Source: an uncultured bacterium (GTDB lineage: Bacteria; Margulisbacteria; WOR-1; O2-12-FULL-45-9). From it: a DNA stretch of 64,000 nt. This document shows positions 1 to 8,918 of the stretch, in pieces. The notes beneath the pieces were generated by a model. The model was given only the letters and a program-made list of their open reading frames with translations, was not told the origin of the DNA and did no database searches. The stretch spans positions 1,143-65,142 of the forward strand of contig CAZMPJ010000008.1 in assembly GCA_964568455.1 (NCBI GenBank), in the 5' to 3' direction. The stretch's first letter is position 1. Every line of letters begins with the position of its first letter. The position numbers were made by a program, and so were the translations under genes.

Positions 1-4
1 GTTA

Positions 5-1057
5 GTGGCCAGGATTGTTTTTGATAAAGACTTAGGGATACGTTTTGTAAGATATTTTTCTGGTAAAGGGCACAAAGGTATTGCTAGAAAACTATTTGAC
101 GACGGGACAAACGAAAACATAAGAAAAGTTTCAGATTGGCAAGAGGTGGAGTGGAGGAGGGGAGGAAGGGGCTCGGTTTTAGGTGCGCTAGTAAGTACAG
201 AACAGAAAAAGCTGGGAGTAATAGTAGTTAGTAGCGATATGGAAGATGCTTTTACCGAAGAGCAGAATTTAATTTTACAAAGACTTTCCAAAAGTCTTGC
301 GCCTGCCTTAGAGAGGGTTTTAGGACATTTAGACCAGCTTAGATTAGATAGTAAATTTGGCAGCTTAACTTTTTATGGCGAACAATATAAAGATATTGCG
401 GTTTATAATAAGCAATATCTTTTTGAGCGCTTGGAAGCAGCTTTGGCTGCTCCTAAAAACCCTAAAAAACCAGTTTCTTCAATTTTTATTGACATAGATC
501 ATTTTAAAGATTTAAATGAAGTCTGGTCTCATGATGAAGTTGATTACGTACTGGCAGAAATATTTGCCAGAATGCGGCAGGCTATAAGGGATGGAGAAAT
601 TTATCGTTATGGTGGAGAAGAATTTGTTATAAGGCAGGATGGGGGTCGAAACGCAGCGATCAGTGTTGCCAAGCGTATTTTAGCTACCTGTCAGAAAGAT
701 ATCGTGGTTAGAATTCCTTATGCTACTTTGGAGGAGGCGAAAGCGCGAAGAGAAGACCTATATACGGTTATGAGTCAACCAGAACAGCACACCAAGGCCA
801 AGAAACACCCTAATCATGGCATTAAATCCGTTGAGCTGGTGACTGGACGAGATGGTAAACCATTTTTAATTGTTACAGTTAATAAAACATTTAGTCTTGG
901 TGTTGCTACTGCAACGCCTCAAGATACTCCAGAATCTTTGGTTAGGAGGTCTGACGCAATGGAATCTATGGCTAAACACGGAGGCCGTTTTAGAATAGTG
1001 GTTGCAGGAGAAGGAGAGTCTCCAACCACAATTCTTCCAGAACCACTAGAATCATAA
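5..1057 (+). CDS. GGDEF-domain diguanylate cyclase with an N-terminal sensor (GAF-like) region. The frame is open to the window edge, so the 5' end may be truncated.
   Basis: Contains FIDIDHFKDLN and the RYGGEEFVI (GGEEF) active-site motif, then SLGVATA...AMESMAKHGGRFRIV. There is no stop between nt 2 and the GTG at 5. Confidence 0.7.
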   Translation: MARIVFDKDLGIRFVRYFSGKGHKGIARKLFDDGTNENIRKVSDWQEVEWRRGGRGSVLGALVSTEQKKLGVIVVSSDMEDAFTEEQNLILQRLSKSLAPALERVLGHLDQLRLDSKFGSLTFYGEQYKDIAVYNKQYLFERLEAALAAPKNPKKPVSSIFIDIDHFKDLNEVWSHDEVDYVLAEIFARMRQAIRDGEIYRYGGEEFVIRQDGGRNAAISVAKRILATCQKDIVVRIPYATLEEAKARREDLYTVMSQPEQHTKAKKHPNHGIKSVELVTGRDGKPFLIVTVNKTFSLGVATATPQDTPESLVRRSDAMESMAKHGGRFRIVVAGEGESPTTILPEPLES

Positions 1058-1066
1058 AATTTTCCA

Positions 1067-1075
1067 TGCTATAAT
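1067..1075 (+). promoter_or_regulatory. Extended -10 (TGcTATAAT), 9 nt upstream of the aroC ATG
   Basis: The sequence is tgcTATAAT-tttcccact-ATG. There is no Shine-Dalgarno sequence between the box and the start. Confidence 0.45.
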
Positions 1076-1084
1076 TTTCCCACT

Positions 1085-2125
1085 ATGTTACGTTATTTAA
1101 CTGCCGGTGAATCACATGGTCCAGCTTTAGTCGCTATTCTTGAAGGCTGTCCAGCTAATTTAGCGCTTTCCTCAAAAGATATTGACCGTGATCTTGAAAG
1201 AAGACAACAGGGTTATGGTCGTGGGCCTAGGATGAAAACATTAGAAAAAGACCATGCGGAAATTTTGTCTGGTGTAAGATCAGATAAAACCATTGGTAGC
1301 CCAATTTCGCTTCGCATTTCTAACCAAAGCACAGAATTATTTGATAAATCAGTTACCGAGCCGCGTCCTGGCCACGCTGATTTAGTCGGTGCGCTAAAAT
1401 ATAATCAAAAAGATATCCGTCCTATTATTGAAAGGGCGTCTGCTCGGGAAACCGCGGCTAAAGTAGCTATTGGCGCTATTGCTAAAAAGCTTTTAGGTCA
1501 ATTTAAAATAAATATTTTTGGCAAAGTTGTTTCAATTGGTGCCAAGACTAAAGAAAAAGACTGGAAAAAACTAATTGATGATGTGGCTAAACAAGGAGAC
1601 ACCTTAGGCGGGATTATTGAGGTCCAAGTTACCGGGGTTCCTGTGGGTTTAGGCAGTCATGTGCACAGCGATAGGAGATTAGATGGTATTTTGGCTGGAG
1701 CCGTGATGGCCATTCCGGCAGTAAAGGGAGTTGAGATTGGTCTTGGCTTTGAAGTTGCCGATACTCCCGGCTCTAAAGTTCATGATGAGATATATTATAG
1801 TAAAGAAAAGAGCTATTTTCGCAAAACCAATAATGCTGGCGGGCTAGAAGGTGGCACGACTAATGGTGAACCCATTATTATTCGTGCGGCCATAAAACCA
1901 ATTGCCAGCTTGAAAAAACCGCTTAAATCAGTTGATATTGCTGCTAAAAAAGCAGTGGAAGCTTTAGTTGAAAGATCTGATATCAGTGCAGTTGAACCAG
2001 CAGTAGTGGTTGCGGAAGCGGTGGTAGCGCTTGAGTTGGCCAATGCTTTTGTGGCCAAGTTTGGCGGCGACTCAATTGAGGATACTTTAAGCGCTTATCA
2101 AGCCTATCTTGCTAGACTTCGTTGA
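1085..2125 (+). CDS. aroC: Chorismate synthase
   Basis: N-terminus MLRYLTAGESHGPALVAILEGCP and RPGHAD motifs, with typical length. Confidence 0.95.
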   Translation: MLRYLTAGESHGPALVAILEGCPANLALSSKDIDRDLERRQQGYGRGPRMKTLEKDHAEILSGVRSDKTIGSPISLRISNQSTELFDKSVTEPRPGHADLVGALKYNQKDIRPIIERASARETAAKVAIGAIAKKLLGQFKINIFGKVVSIGAKTKEKDWKKLIDDVAKQGDTLGGIIEVQVTGVPVGLGSHVHSDRRLDGILAGAVMAIPAVKGVEIGLGFEVADTPGSKVHDEIYYSKEKSYFRKTNNAGGLEGGTTNGEPIIIRAAIKPIASLKKPLKSVDIAAKKAVEALVERSDISAVEPAVVVAEAVVALELANAFVAKFGGDSIEDTLSAYQAYLARLR

Positions 2126-2150
2126 CTTGTCCTCTAATTTTTGCTATAAT
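2122..2150 (+). promoter_or_regulatory. Sigma-70-type promoter for the rpsP operon (TTGACT-N17-TGcTATAAT)
   Basis: TTGACT at 2122-2127, a 17-nt spacer, and TATAAT at 2145-2150. The leader carries AAGGAGG before the TTG start at 2184. Confidence 0.6.
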
Positions 2151-2183
2151 TTACGCTCTGTTTGACACAAGGAGGAGATTTTT

Positions 2184-2693
2184 TTGCCTTTAAAGATAAA
2201 ATTACAAAGAAAAGGAAGCAAAAACCGACCATTTTATAGGGTAGTGATTCAAAATTCTACTGAAAAATTAAACGGTGCAGTAGTTGATGTTCTTGGCCAA
2301 TATGATCCCTTAAAAGACCCATCCGTATTTACTGTTGATTCTGAAAAAACCAAAGACTGGATTAAAAAAGGTGCTACACCTACCCCAAGACTTAAAATTT
2401 TACTGGGGAAAGCTGGGATTACAGAGCCAGTTAACCTGGATAAGCTAGTAAAAAGAAAACCTCGGGCTGAACAAAAAGCAGAAGCTGCAGCTGAGGGAGA
2501 AAAACCGGCTGAAGCGAAAGCGGATAAACCGGCCGAAGCAAAAGCAGAAGAAAAACCAAAAGAAAAAGCAAAAGAAAAGCCAAAAGAAGAGCCTAAGGCT
2601 GAAAGTAAGGAAGCACCGAAGAAAGAAGCACCAAAAGAAGTAAAAAAAGAAGAACCTAAACCTGAGGCGCAAGCCAAGGAGACACAGAAATGA
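2184..2693 (+). CDS. rpsP: 30S ribosomal protein S16 with a roughly 85-aa Lys/Ala/Glu/Pro-rich C-terminal extension
   Basis: MPLKIKLQRKGSKNRPFYRVVIQNS is a canonical S16 N-terminus. The tail is EKPAEAKADKPAEAKAEEKPKEKAKEKPKEE... Confidence 0.95.
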   Translation: MPLKIKLQRKGSKNRPFYRVVIQNSTEKLNGAVVDVLGQYDPLKDPSVFTVDSEKTKDWIKKGATPTPRLKILLGKAGITEPVNLDKLVKRKPRAEQKAEAAAEGEKPAEAKADKPAEAKAEEKPKEKAKEKPKEEPKAESKEAPKKEAPKEVKKEEPKPEAQAKETQK

Positions 2694-2941
2694 AGGAACT
2701 AGTCGAATACATTGTAAAAGCACTTGTTGATCAGCCAGATAAAATTAGTGTTAAAGAAACCGCCGGAGATACAATCACCATTCTTGAAGTTCGTACTGCC
2801 CCAGAAGATGCCGGAAAAGTAATTGGCAGAGAAGGCCGCATTGTTAATTCTATCCGAGCAATTACTAAGGCTGCAGCTGCGAAACAAAGCAAAAAAGTAA
2901 CAGTGGAAATTATTACCGCTGACAAAGAACCAAGAAACTAA
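2690..2941 (+). CDS. KH-domain RNA-binding protein (YlqC family)
   Basis: Contains VIGREGRIVNSIR (a GxxG KH motif). It has an ATGA overlap with rpsP and conserved rpsP-KH synteny. Confidence 0.85.
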   Translation: MKELVEYIVKALVDQPDKISVKETAGDTITILEVRTAPEDAGKVIGREGRIVNSIRAITKAAAAKQSKKVTVEIITADKEPRN

Positions 2942-2957
2942 AAAAAAGGAGAAAACC

Positions 2958-3404
2958 ATGCAAAATAGACCACCGATCAAACACAAGTCCACTTCCGTAG
3001 AGCTAAAAAGGGTAGTTATGGTAAAAGCTATTGTTACCGAAGCTTTTAAAGCTAATTTAGTAAAAGAATTAGAAAGGGCTGTAGGAAACATTGACAAGCA
3101 AACTTCCCAGGTTGAAGAAAGGGCCAAGTCCTATCTAGATACGTTGAAGAAAAAGGGATTAAACCAAAAAGCTTCTGCTTTTAAACAGCAAATTAATGAC
3201 GAAAGAGCCAAGCAAGCAGCAGCTAAAACCGATCTTCTGATGAAGATTGAAGAAGCTAAAAAACTTCAAGAGAATACAGAGTTTGTCCAAGGTCCACTCG
3301 AAGGTCCGGTTGAAGTTGCAGTAGGCGACAATCTTTATAAAAAAGTTGGCGGTGCGGAAATCATAGTAAAAGACGGAGTTATTCAAGAAATCCGCGGCGT
3401 CTAA
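2958..3404 (+). CDS. YlqD-like protein, occupying the slot where rimM usually lies
   Basis: It has a coiled-coil middle and a C-terminal GDNLYKKVGGAEIIVKDGVIQEIR. From memory, this resembles Bacillus YlqD, which sits between ylqC and rimM/trmD. AGGAG precedes the ATG. Confidence 0.5.
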   Translation: MQNRPPIKHKSTSVELKRVVMVKAIVTEAFKANLVKELERAVGNIDKQTSQVEERAKSYLDTLKKKGLNQKASAFKQQINDERAKQAAAKTDLLMKIEEAKKLQENTEFVQGPLEGPVEVAVGDNLYKKVGGAEIIVKDGVIQEIRGV

Positions 3405-4618
3405 TGAAGATCGATGTCTTGACCCTGTTCCCTGAAATGTTTCAGGGATCTCTAAATGAAAGTTTACTTAAAAAGGCCCAAGCTAAGGGTCTTTTAAGTT
3501 TTAATACGGTCAATATCCGCGATTTTACCACTGATAAACACAAAACTGCTGATGATACGGCGTATGGTGGCGGAGCCGGTATGGTAATGAAGGTGGATCC
3601 GATTGCAAAAGGAATTTCAAACCTCAAATCTAAAATCTCAAAAACTATTCTATTGTGTCCAACAGGAAAACCACTGACTCAGAAGAAGGCTAATCAGTTA
3701 GCCAAAGAAAAACATTTAATCTTAGTCTGTGGTCATTATGAAGGAGTAGATGAACGGGTTCGTGATTATGTTGACGAAGAGATTTCCATTGGTGATTATG
3801 TCTTAACTGGTGGAGAAATTCCTGCCACGGTGTTAATTGACGCGGTTGCCCGACAGATTCCTGGTGTGGTTAAAGAACAAGAGTCAGTTGAAAAAGACTC
3901 TTTTTATAATGGTTTACTTGATTACCCTTGTTATACCCGACCAGAAGAGTTTGAAGGCAAAAAGGTGCCGGAAGTATTGCTTTCTGGCAATCATGCTGAA
4001 ATTGAAAAATGGCGCCAGGAAAAGGCTTTGGAAAAAACCAAGAAACAAAGACCGGATTTGCTAAATAAAGTTTATTTAGCCTTGGTTCACCATCCTATCT
4101 ATAACAAACGAAAAGATGTTGTAACCACTTCTATTACTGGCTTTGATTTGCATGATATTGCCCGCACAGCCATCACTTTTGGTATTAAAAAATATTACGT
4201 GGTCAATCCTTTGCCTGCCCAGCAGGCTTTTGCCAAGCGCATTATTGGTTTTTGGATGGATAAGGGCAGTATGGAATTTAACTGGACTAGGGCGGAAGCA
4301 TTTAAATTAATTTCAATTAAGAGTGACTTGGAAGAAGCGATTAAGGAGATTGAAAAAATTGAAGGGGTTAAGCCAAAGGTAGTAGCAACTTCGGCTAAAG
4401 CAAAAGGCTCTTTAGGTTTTGCAGAATTAAGAAAAGAGATCAAAAGCACAGATAAGCCTTATTTAATAGTATTAGGCACTGGTTGGGGATTGGCAGACGA
4501 GGCTTTTGAGTTGGTAGACGTGGTTTTAGAGCCAATTCTCGGGGTTAGCGACTATAATCATTTGCCAGTTCGCTCTGCAAATGCTATAATATTAGACCGT
4601 TTGCTTACCCCGAGCTGA
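3404..4618 (+). CDS. trmD: tRNA (guanine37-N1)-methyltransferase TrmD fused to a second, C-terminal SPOUT-like domain (Tm1570/Methyltrn_RNA_4-like)
   Basis: The N-terminal ~220 aa are canonical TrmD (MKIDVLTLFPEMF, YGGGAGMVMK, LVCGHYEGVDERV, SIGDYVLTGGE). The extra ~180 aa begin VYLALVHHPIYNKRKDVVTTSITGFDLHDIAR and contain LIVLGTGWGLADE. Confidence 0.9.
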   Translation: MKIDVLTLFPEMFQGSLNESLLKKAQAKGLLSFNTVNIRDFTTDKHKTADDTAYGGGAGMVMKVDPIAKGISNLKSKISKTILLCPTGKPLTQKKANQLAKEKHLILVCGHYEGVDERVRDYVDEEISIGDYVLTGGEIPATVLIDAVARQIPGVVKEQESVEKDSFYNGLLDYPCYTRPEEFEGKKVPEVLLSGNHAEIEKWRQEKALEKTKKQRPDLLNKVYLALVHHPIYNKRKDVVTTSITGFDLHDIARTAITFGIKKYYVVNPLPAQQAFAKRIIGFWMDKGSMEFNWTRAEAFKLISIKSDLEEAIKEIEKIEGVKPKVVATSAKAKGSLGFAELRKEIKSTDKPYLIVLGTGWGLADEAFELVDVVLEPILGVSDYNHLPVRSANAIILDRLLTPS

Positions 4619-4647
4619 GTCGAGGGGTTGGAAGATAGGAGATAGCG

Positions 4648-4998
4648 ATGCGTGTAATTGACGAATTAGAAAAGAAAGAACAAAAAGAAAATATTGCTAC
4701 TTTTAAAGTAGGAGACACTATCAAGGTCTTTTCCAAGATTGTTGAAGGTGGAAAAGAGCGAATCCAAGGCTTTGAAGGTATTGTCATAAAAAGACAAGGT
4801 GGCAGCAACCGTGCCACATTCACAGTCAGAAGAATTGTTCAAAGTGTTGGAGTTGAAAGAACTTTTCCTCTGCATTCACCTAAAATTGATAAGATCCATG
4901 TGTTGCGCAAAGGTAAAGTCAGACGCGCAAAACTTTATTACTTAAGAGATCGCATTGGCAGCAGAGCCACTCGTGTTGATGAAGACAAAAACGTTTAA
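4648..4998 (+). CDS. rplS: 50S ribosomal protein L19
   Basis: Contains FKVGDTIKV...[11 protein letters not shown]...[16 protein letters not shown] is upstream. Confidence 0.95.
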   Translation: MRVIDELEKKEQKENIATFKVGDTIKVFSKIVEGGKERIQGFEGIVIKRQGGSNRATFTVRRIVQSVGVERTFPLHSPKIDKIHVLRKGKVRRAKLYYLRDRIGSRATRVDEDKNV

Positions 4999-5515
4999 AT
5001 CAAACCTCCACTGGATTTTTGACTGGTCAGAGACCATTGTTGTTGCTTTTATCATGGCCTTAATCATTCGTGCCTTTTTCTTGCAAGTTTTTTGGATTCC
5101 CACTGGTTCTATGCTTCCCACTCTTGGTATTGGTGATCGTATTGTGGTTAATAAAGTTGCTTTCCATTTTAGAGAACCACGCCGCCAGGAAATTATTGTT
5201 TTTCGCCAGGTTGCATTTGACGGATCTCCTAAAAACGATCTGATAAAACGGCTAATGGGGCTTCCCGGAGAAACTTTAGAAGTTAAAGACGGGATAGTTT
5301 ATATTAATAATGAAAAAATCGAAGAGACTCATCCTATGAACCTGGATTTTTCTGATTTTGGTCCAGTAGTTGTTCCGGATGATGCTTATTTTGTCATGGG
5401 GGATAACCGCCCAGCTTCTGCAGATTCCCGTTATTGGGGATTTCTTCCAAAGCGCAATGTAATTGGCCCAACCTTCCTTAGAATCTGGCCTCTGGCACAG
5501 TTTGGGTTAATATAG
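4979..5515 (+). CDS. lepB: Signal peptidase I
   Basis: Has a TM segment, then [19 protein letters not shown] (catalytic Ser), KRLMGLPGE and [18 protein letters not shown] at 4979 is preferred; a TTG at 4955 is the alternative start. Confidence 0.9.
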   Translation: MKTKTFKSNLHWIFDWSETIVVAFIMALIIRAFFLQVFWIPTGSMLPTLGIGDRIVVNKVAFHFREPRRQEIIVFRQVAFDGSPKNDLIKRLMGLPGETLEVKDGIVYINNEKIEETHPMNLDFSDFGPVVVPDDAYFVMGDNRPASADSRYWGFLPKRNVIGPTFLRIWPLAQFGLI

Positions 5516-6146
5516 GCAGATTTGTAGCTTGTCTAGCTCTCATTATTGCTTTTCTTACAACAGGTGATTGTAATTCTCTGCTAAGCGTGTAGACAAACCG
5601 CGTTAATTCTATATTTGGATCTGCAACAAAGTCATGAGGCCTAAGATAGCTAATAGTTGTGCCGCACAAAAAAGCAAAACTGAGATTGGTAAAGCAAAAA
5701 CGATCTGGATGATGCGGTTCCAAACTAAATATGCCTCTAATGGCCAGGTATTTTTCCCCGGTTATTGTCATGTCTTCAATAAAACAAACTTGATTCTGGC
5801 GGGCGAGTAAAAGATCGGGCAAATGTTTTTCTATGTATTCGCCTAATAAACGTGTCCGCTGAGTTTGGTCTTCAAGGTTTTGATAAAGCAAGCGATTGCC
5901 TTCTTGGTCAAATATATGGATCTTCGGCAGAGGAGAGCCGTTTGCAACATGTCGCCAGGCTGTTACAAACAAAGGTAAAGCTATTGCTGGTCCGCTTCTG
6001 CCGGATAAAATAATATCCGTAAACTTGCGCTCCTGCACAAAGCGTGCCAGGGCTAACCCAGCCTTTGCCAGTTTTATTTCCTTAAGACTAAAATACCCTT
6101 TTAAGGATTTGGGTTGAATACCTTTTAATAAGTTAACTCTAATCAT
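5478..6146 (-). CDS. Orphan protein with a possible phosphoribosyltransferase-like PRPP loop
   Basis: This is a 222-aa ORF. VCFIEDMTITGEKY resembles a type I PRTase loop (hydrophobic stretch, E/D-D, then TG). Otherwise it is unrecognised. Motif copy P1 precedes it. Confidence 0.55.
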   Translation of the reverse strand: MIRVNLLKGIQPKSLKGYFSLKEIKLAKAGLALARFVQERKFTDIILSGRSGPAIALPLFVTAWRHVANGSPLPKIHIFDQEGNRLLYQNLEDQTQRTRLLGEYIEKHLPDLLLARQNQVCFIEDMTITGEKYLAIRGIFSLEPHHPDRFCFTNLSFAFLCGTTISYLRPHDFVADPNIELTRFVYTLSRELQSPVVRKAIMRARQATNLPILTQTVPEARF

Positions 6147-6159
6147 ATAACCTCATTCT

Positions 6160-6189
6160 TATTTCTGAAAAAAATCGCTGTAATTTCAG
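6160..6189 (-). promoter_or_regulatory. Orphan-regulon promoter-like motif, copy P1
   Basis: On the minus strand it reads CTGAAA-ttacagcgatttttttca(18)-GAAATA. A 13-nt leader containing GAGG then precedes the ATG at 6146. Confidence 0.4.
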
Positions 6190-6232
6190 TGTTTTCCTTC
6201 CTAAATCTTGTTTGATTTAGTATACTTACCAT

Positions 6233-6793
6233 GTGAAATTAATCGCAGGCGTTGATGAAGCAGGTCGCGGTCCTTTAGCTGGACCGATCGTGGCTGCGGC
6301 AGTAATTTTGCCTGAAAAATTTAATCTTGAAGGCCTTAATGATTCAAAACTCTTATCTGAAAAGAAACGAGAAGAACTTTTTCCTCAAATTAAAAAAATT
6401 GCCCTGGCTATTGGCATTGCCAAGGTAAGTCATAAGCGAATAGATAAATTAAATATCCATAAAGCAAATTTATTAGTTATGAAGTTAGCTGTCCAAGCTT
6501 TAGAAATTGAACCAGACTTTCTTTTAATTGACGGGCCAAGACACAAGGTTGATCTTGCTATTGCCCAAAAATCGATTAAACAAGGCGATCGAAAATATGC
6601 TTGTATTGCCGCTGCTTCCATTATTGCGAAAGTTACTCGTGATCGTTTGATGAAACGCTATCATAAAAAGTATCCCCAGTATGGTTTTGCCCAACATAAA
6701 GGTTATGGTACTAAACTTCATTATCAAAATTTAGGCCAACACGGACCTTGCGCTATCCACCGCCACTCATTTTCTCTAGTTGCCTCAAGCTGA
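6233..6793 (+). CDS. rnhB: Ribonuclease HII
   Basis: Contains IAGVDEAGRGPLAGPIVAAAVIL and DSKLL motifs. The start is GTG. Confidence 0.95.
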   Translation: MKLIAGVDEAGRGPLAGPIVAAAVILPEKFNLEGLNDSKLLSEKKREELFPQIKKIALAIGIAKVSHKRIDKLNIHKANLLVMKLAVQALEIEPDFLLIDGPRHKVDLAIAQKSIKQGDRKYACIAAASIIAKVTRDRLMKRYHKKYPQYGFAQHKGYGTKLHYQNLGQHGPCAIHRHSFSLVASS

Positions 6794-6822
6794 CCAATCT
6801 GACCAGATTTGGTCAATTTTTT
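6791..6822 (+). terminator. Rho-independent terminator after rnhB
   Basis: The hairpin tgaccaatct-gacc-agatttggtca (one bulge) is followed by aTTTTTTg. The stem begins at the rnhB stop codon. Confidence 0.6.
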
Positions 6823-6886
6823 GCCTATCTTATGCTTGAATATGGTGGTAATAACATTGCTAATAACTTATTAGGAGGTTTAAGCA

Positions 6887-7393
6887 ATGAAAGATTTAAT
6901 ACCAAATGAATATATTCAAAGAAAAATAATGGTGATTAGGAATAAAAAAGTGATATTAGATAAAGATTTGGCCAAGCTTTATGAGGTTAAGACAAGAGAT
7001 TTAAATAAAGCAGTCACTAGAAACAAAGAGCGTTTTCCTGAAGATTTTATGTTTCGTTTGAATAAAACTGAATTCGAAAACTTGAAGTTCCATTTTGGAA
7101 CATCAAGTTGGGGTGGAACGAGAAAGAAGCCAAGGGCTTTTACGGAGCAAGGAGTTTCGATGCTTTCTTCTGTGCTGAAAAGTAAAAAAGCAATAAAAGT
7201 AAATATTCAAATTATGCGAGTTTTTACACAATTGAGAGAAGTATTATCTAATCATGAAGAAATTAAAAAGAAAATCGAAATAATGGAAAGAAAATATGAC
7301 AAACAGTTTTCGGTTGTTTTTGAGGCTATTAAAACATTAATTTATCCTACGGAAAAACCAAAGAAAATAGGATTTCTTAGGGAGAATGATTAA
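6887..7393 (+). CDS. ORF6N-domain (KilA-N-like) DNA-binding protein
   Basis: IRNKKVILDKDLAKLYEVKTRDLNKAVTRNKERFPEDFMFRL...AFTEQGVSMLSSVL is the typical ORF6N signature. Confidence 0.8.
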   Translation: MKDLIPNEYIQRKIMVIRNKKVILDKDLAKLYEVKTRDLNKAVTRNKERFPEDFMFRLNKTEFENLKFHFGTSSWGGTRKKPRAFTEQGVSMLSSVLKSKKAIKVNIQIMRVFTQLREVLSNHEEIKKKIEIMERKYDKQFSVVFEAIKTLIYPTEKPKKIGFLREND

Positions 7394-7770
7394 TGCGTTG
7401 TCATTTAATAATTATAGTGCTAGCGGTTTTCGTGCTCTCTGCCTGTTCATCTCCTCAAGAAGAAATAATTATTTCAGAAGAAAAAGAAGAAACAACAGAA
7501 ACAGTTCAGCCTTCAAGAGAAGCGGTTTATGTTTATAACCAGCAGCCAGAAACCAATTCTAAACAAATCACTTTAAAAATAAACAACGAAGCCCTTTTGA
7601 TGGCCGAAGGAAGTATGCGACTTTTAGGAGTGGTGGTAGGTGGCAGGAAGAAAGAAGTGCTACTAGAAGTAGCGGGGGTGGGGCGTTTTTTTGGTGAGGG
7701 AGACCGGATTCAGGGTTACCGATTAATCAAAATCAATCAATCCCAAATCATATTAGAAAAGGAGTTATAA
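7393..7770 (+). CDS. Small lipoprotein, possibly a PilP/GspC-like secretin partner
   Basis: Has a lipobox (VLSAC). It shares a TAATG overlap with the upstream gene and lies directly before the secretin. The functional call is weak. Confidence 0.5.
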   Translation: MRCHLIIIVLAVFVLSACSSPQEEIIISEEKEETTETVQPSREAVYVYNQQPETNSKQITLKINNEALLMAEGSMRLLGVVVGGRKKEVLLEVAGVGRFFGEGDRIQGYRLIKINQSQIILEKEL

Positions 7771-8916
7771 ATGAAAAAAGTTTTTTTGGCTGTGCTGCTG
7801 TTTTTCTGCTTGTTTACCCCTCTTGAAGCTGAAGAAATCATTAAAAAGATAGAGTTTGCTGATGCCGCGGTTTTAGATGTGGTGCAAATTTTAGCTAAAC
7901 GAGCCAGTATTGATTTAGTTATTTCCGGTGATGTTGGTTTAATCCAGTCTAAGCGTGCGACTATTAATTTGAAAGATATTACTGGCAGCCAGGCAATCGA
8001 ATATATTTTGCGTACCAATGATATTAATTATGAAATAAGAAAAGGAGCGATCTTAATATCTTTAGATCTTAACCAGGATAAAGGCAAGATAGAAACAGTT
8101 TATTTGAAATATTTAGCCGCAGATAAGGTTTGTGAATTAATTGAAAAGGTAATCCCCAGCATTAAAACTACGGTAGGTGGTAGTGCTAACGCAATTGTTT
8201 TAAAGGGGAAAATTCATCAAATTGAGGAAGCGAAAAATTTAATAGAATCTGTTGATCGACCTGTTCCGCAGATTTTAATCGAAAGCAAGGTTTTGGAAAT
8301 TTCAAAATCAGATTCCACCCGCTTTGGCGTTTCTTATGGTTCTTCCCCAGGTGTAATTCAATTTATCACTGACAAAAACACAAGAAAAACTGCGTTAGCC
8401 CATGATATAAGCACTACGGTGACTGGATTAATTTCTGATGGCAAAGCAAAAATAATTGCCAAGCCCAGGATTGCAACGCTGGATAACCACGAGGCGATTA
8501 TTAATATTGGCAGCCGTATACCTTACGCGGTTCCAGTAACCAATAGTTCTAATTCAATTACCTGGACAGTGGATTATATTGATGCTGGAGTAAAGCTTAA
8601 AATTACGCCCATGCTGGGAGAGGAGGGCTATATCACCACTGCTATTCAGCCTGAAGTTTCTTCGATATCAGAATGGAAAACCACGGCAGCTGGAGAATTC
8701 CCGGTTATTTCTACTCGTAATGCTCAGGCTACTTTAAGGGTGAAAGATGGGGAAACCATTGTAATTGGTGGCTTGCTGTCAGAAACTGATCGTAAAAATG
8801 TTTCTAAATTACCTATTTTAGGCTATTTACCCATAGTTGGTTTCTTGTTTCAAAACGTAACCATTGAAAAAGCAGAAACAGAAATTGTGTTTATGATCAC
8901 TCCGTATGTTATTTAG
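7771..8916 (+). CDS. Outer-membrane secretin (short, STN-type N-terminus)
   Basis: Has a signal peptide, an STN-like IEFADAAVLDVVQILAK...DLVISG, and a C-terminal secretin core: TLRVKDGETIVIGGL...VSKLPILGYLPIVGFLFQN...TEIVFMITP. Confidence 0.85.
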   Translation: MKKVFLAVLLFFCLFTPLEAEEIIKKIEFADAAVLDVVQILAKRASIDLVISGDVGLIQSKRATINLKDITGSQAIEYILRTNDINYEIRKGAILISLDLNQDKGKIETVYLKYLAADKVCELIEKVIPSIKTTVGGSANAIVLKGKIHQIEEAKNLIESVDRPVPQILIESKVLEISKSDSTRFGVSYGSSPGVIQFITDKNTRKTALAHDISTTVTGLISDGKAKIIAKPRIATLDNHEAIINIGSRIPYAVPVTNSSNSITWTVDYIDAGVKLKITPMLGEEGYITTAIQPEVSSISEWKTTAAGEFPVISTRNAQATLRVKDGETIVIGGLLSETDRKNVSKLPILGYLPIVGFLFQNVTIEKAETEIVFMITPYVI

Positions 8917-8918
8917 GA

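Noticed and set aside
1813-2058. An 81-aa minus-strand ORF inside aroC
   Set aside because: It lies entirely within a well-conserved chorismate synthase frame and encodes an Ala/Thr/Ser-rich antisense translation. It has no start context.
2249-2723. Two long minus-strand ORFs (2249-2677 and 2445-2723) overlapping the rpsP 3' region
   Set aside because: They are mirror images of the low-complexity Lys/Ala/Glu repeat of S16. Their products are Ser/Phe/Ala- or Phe/Cys-rich and nonsensical, so this is an antisense artefact.
6233-6262. GTGAAATTA at the rnhB start codon, considered as a twelfth copy of the conserved motif
   Set aside because: Only the first half-site matches. The sequence 18 nt downstream is GAAGCA inside conserved coding sequence, and the hexamer is simply the codons GTG-AAA-TTA (M-K-L).
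6887-7393. The ORF6N gene as evidence for a prophage
   Set aside because: No integrase, capsid, terminase or att-like repeats are nearby. A single domain of phage flavour is insufficient.
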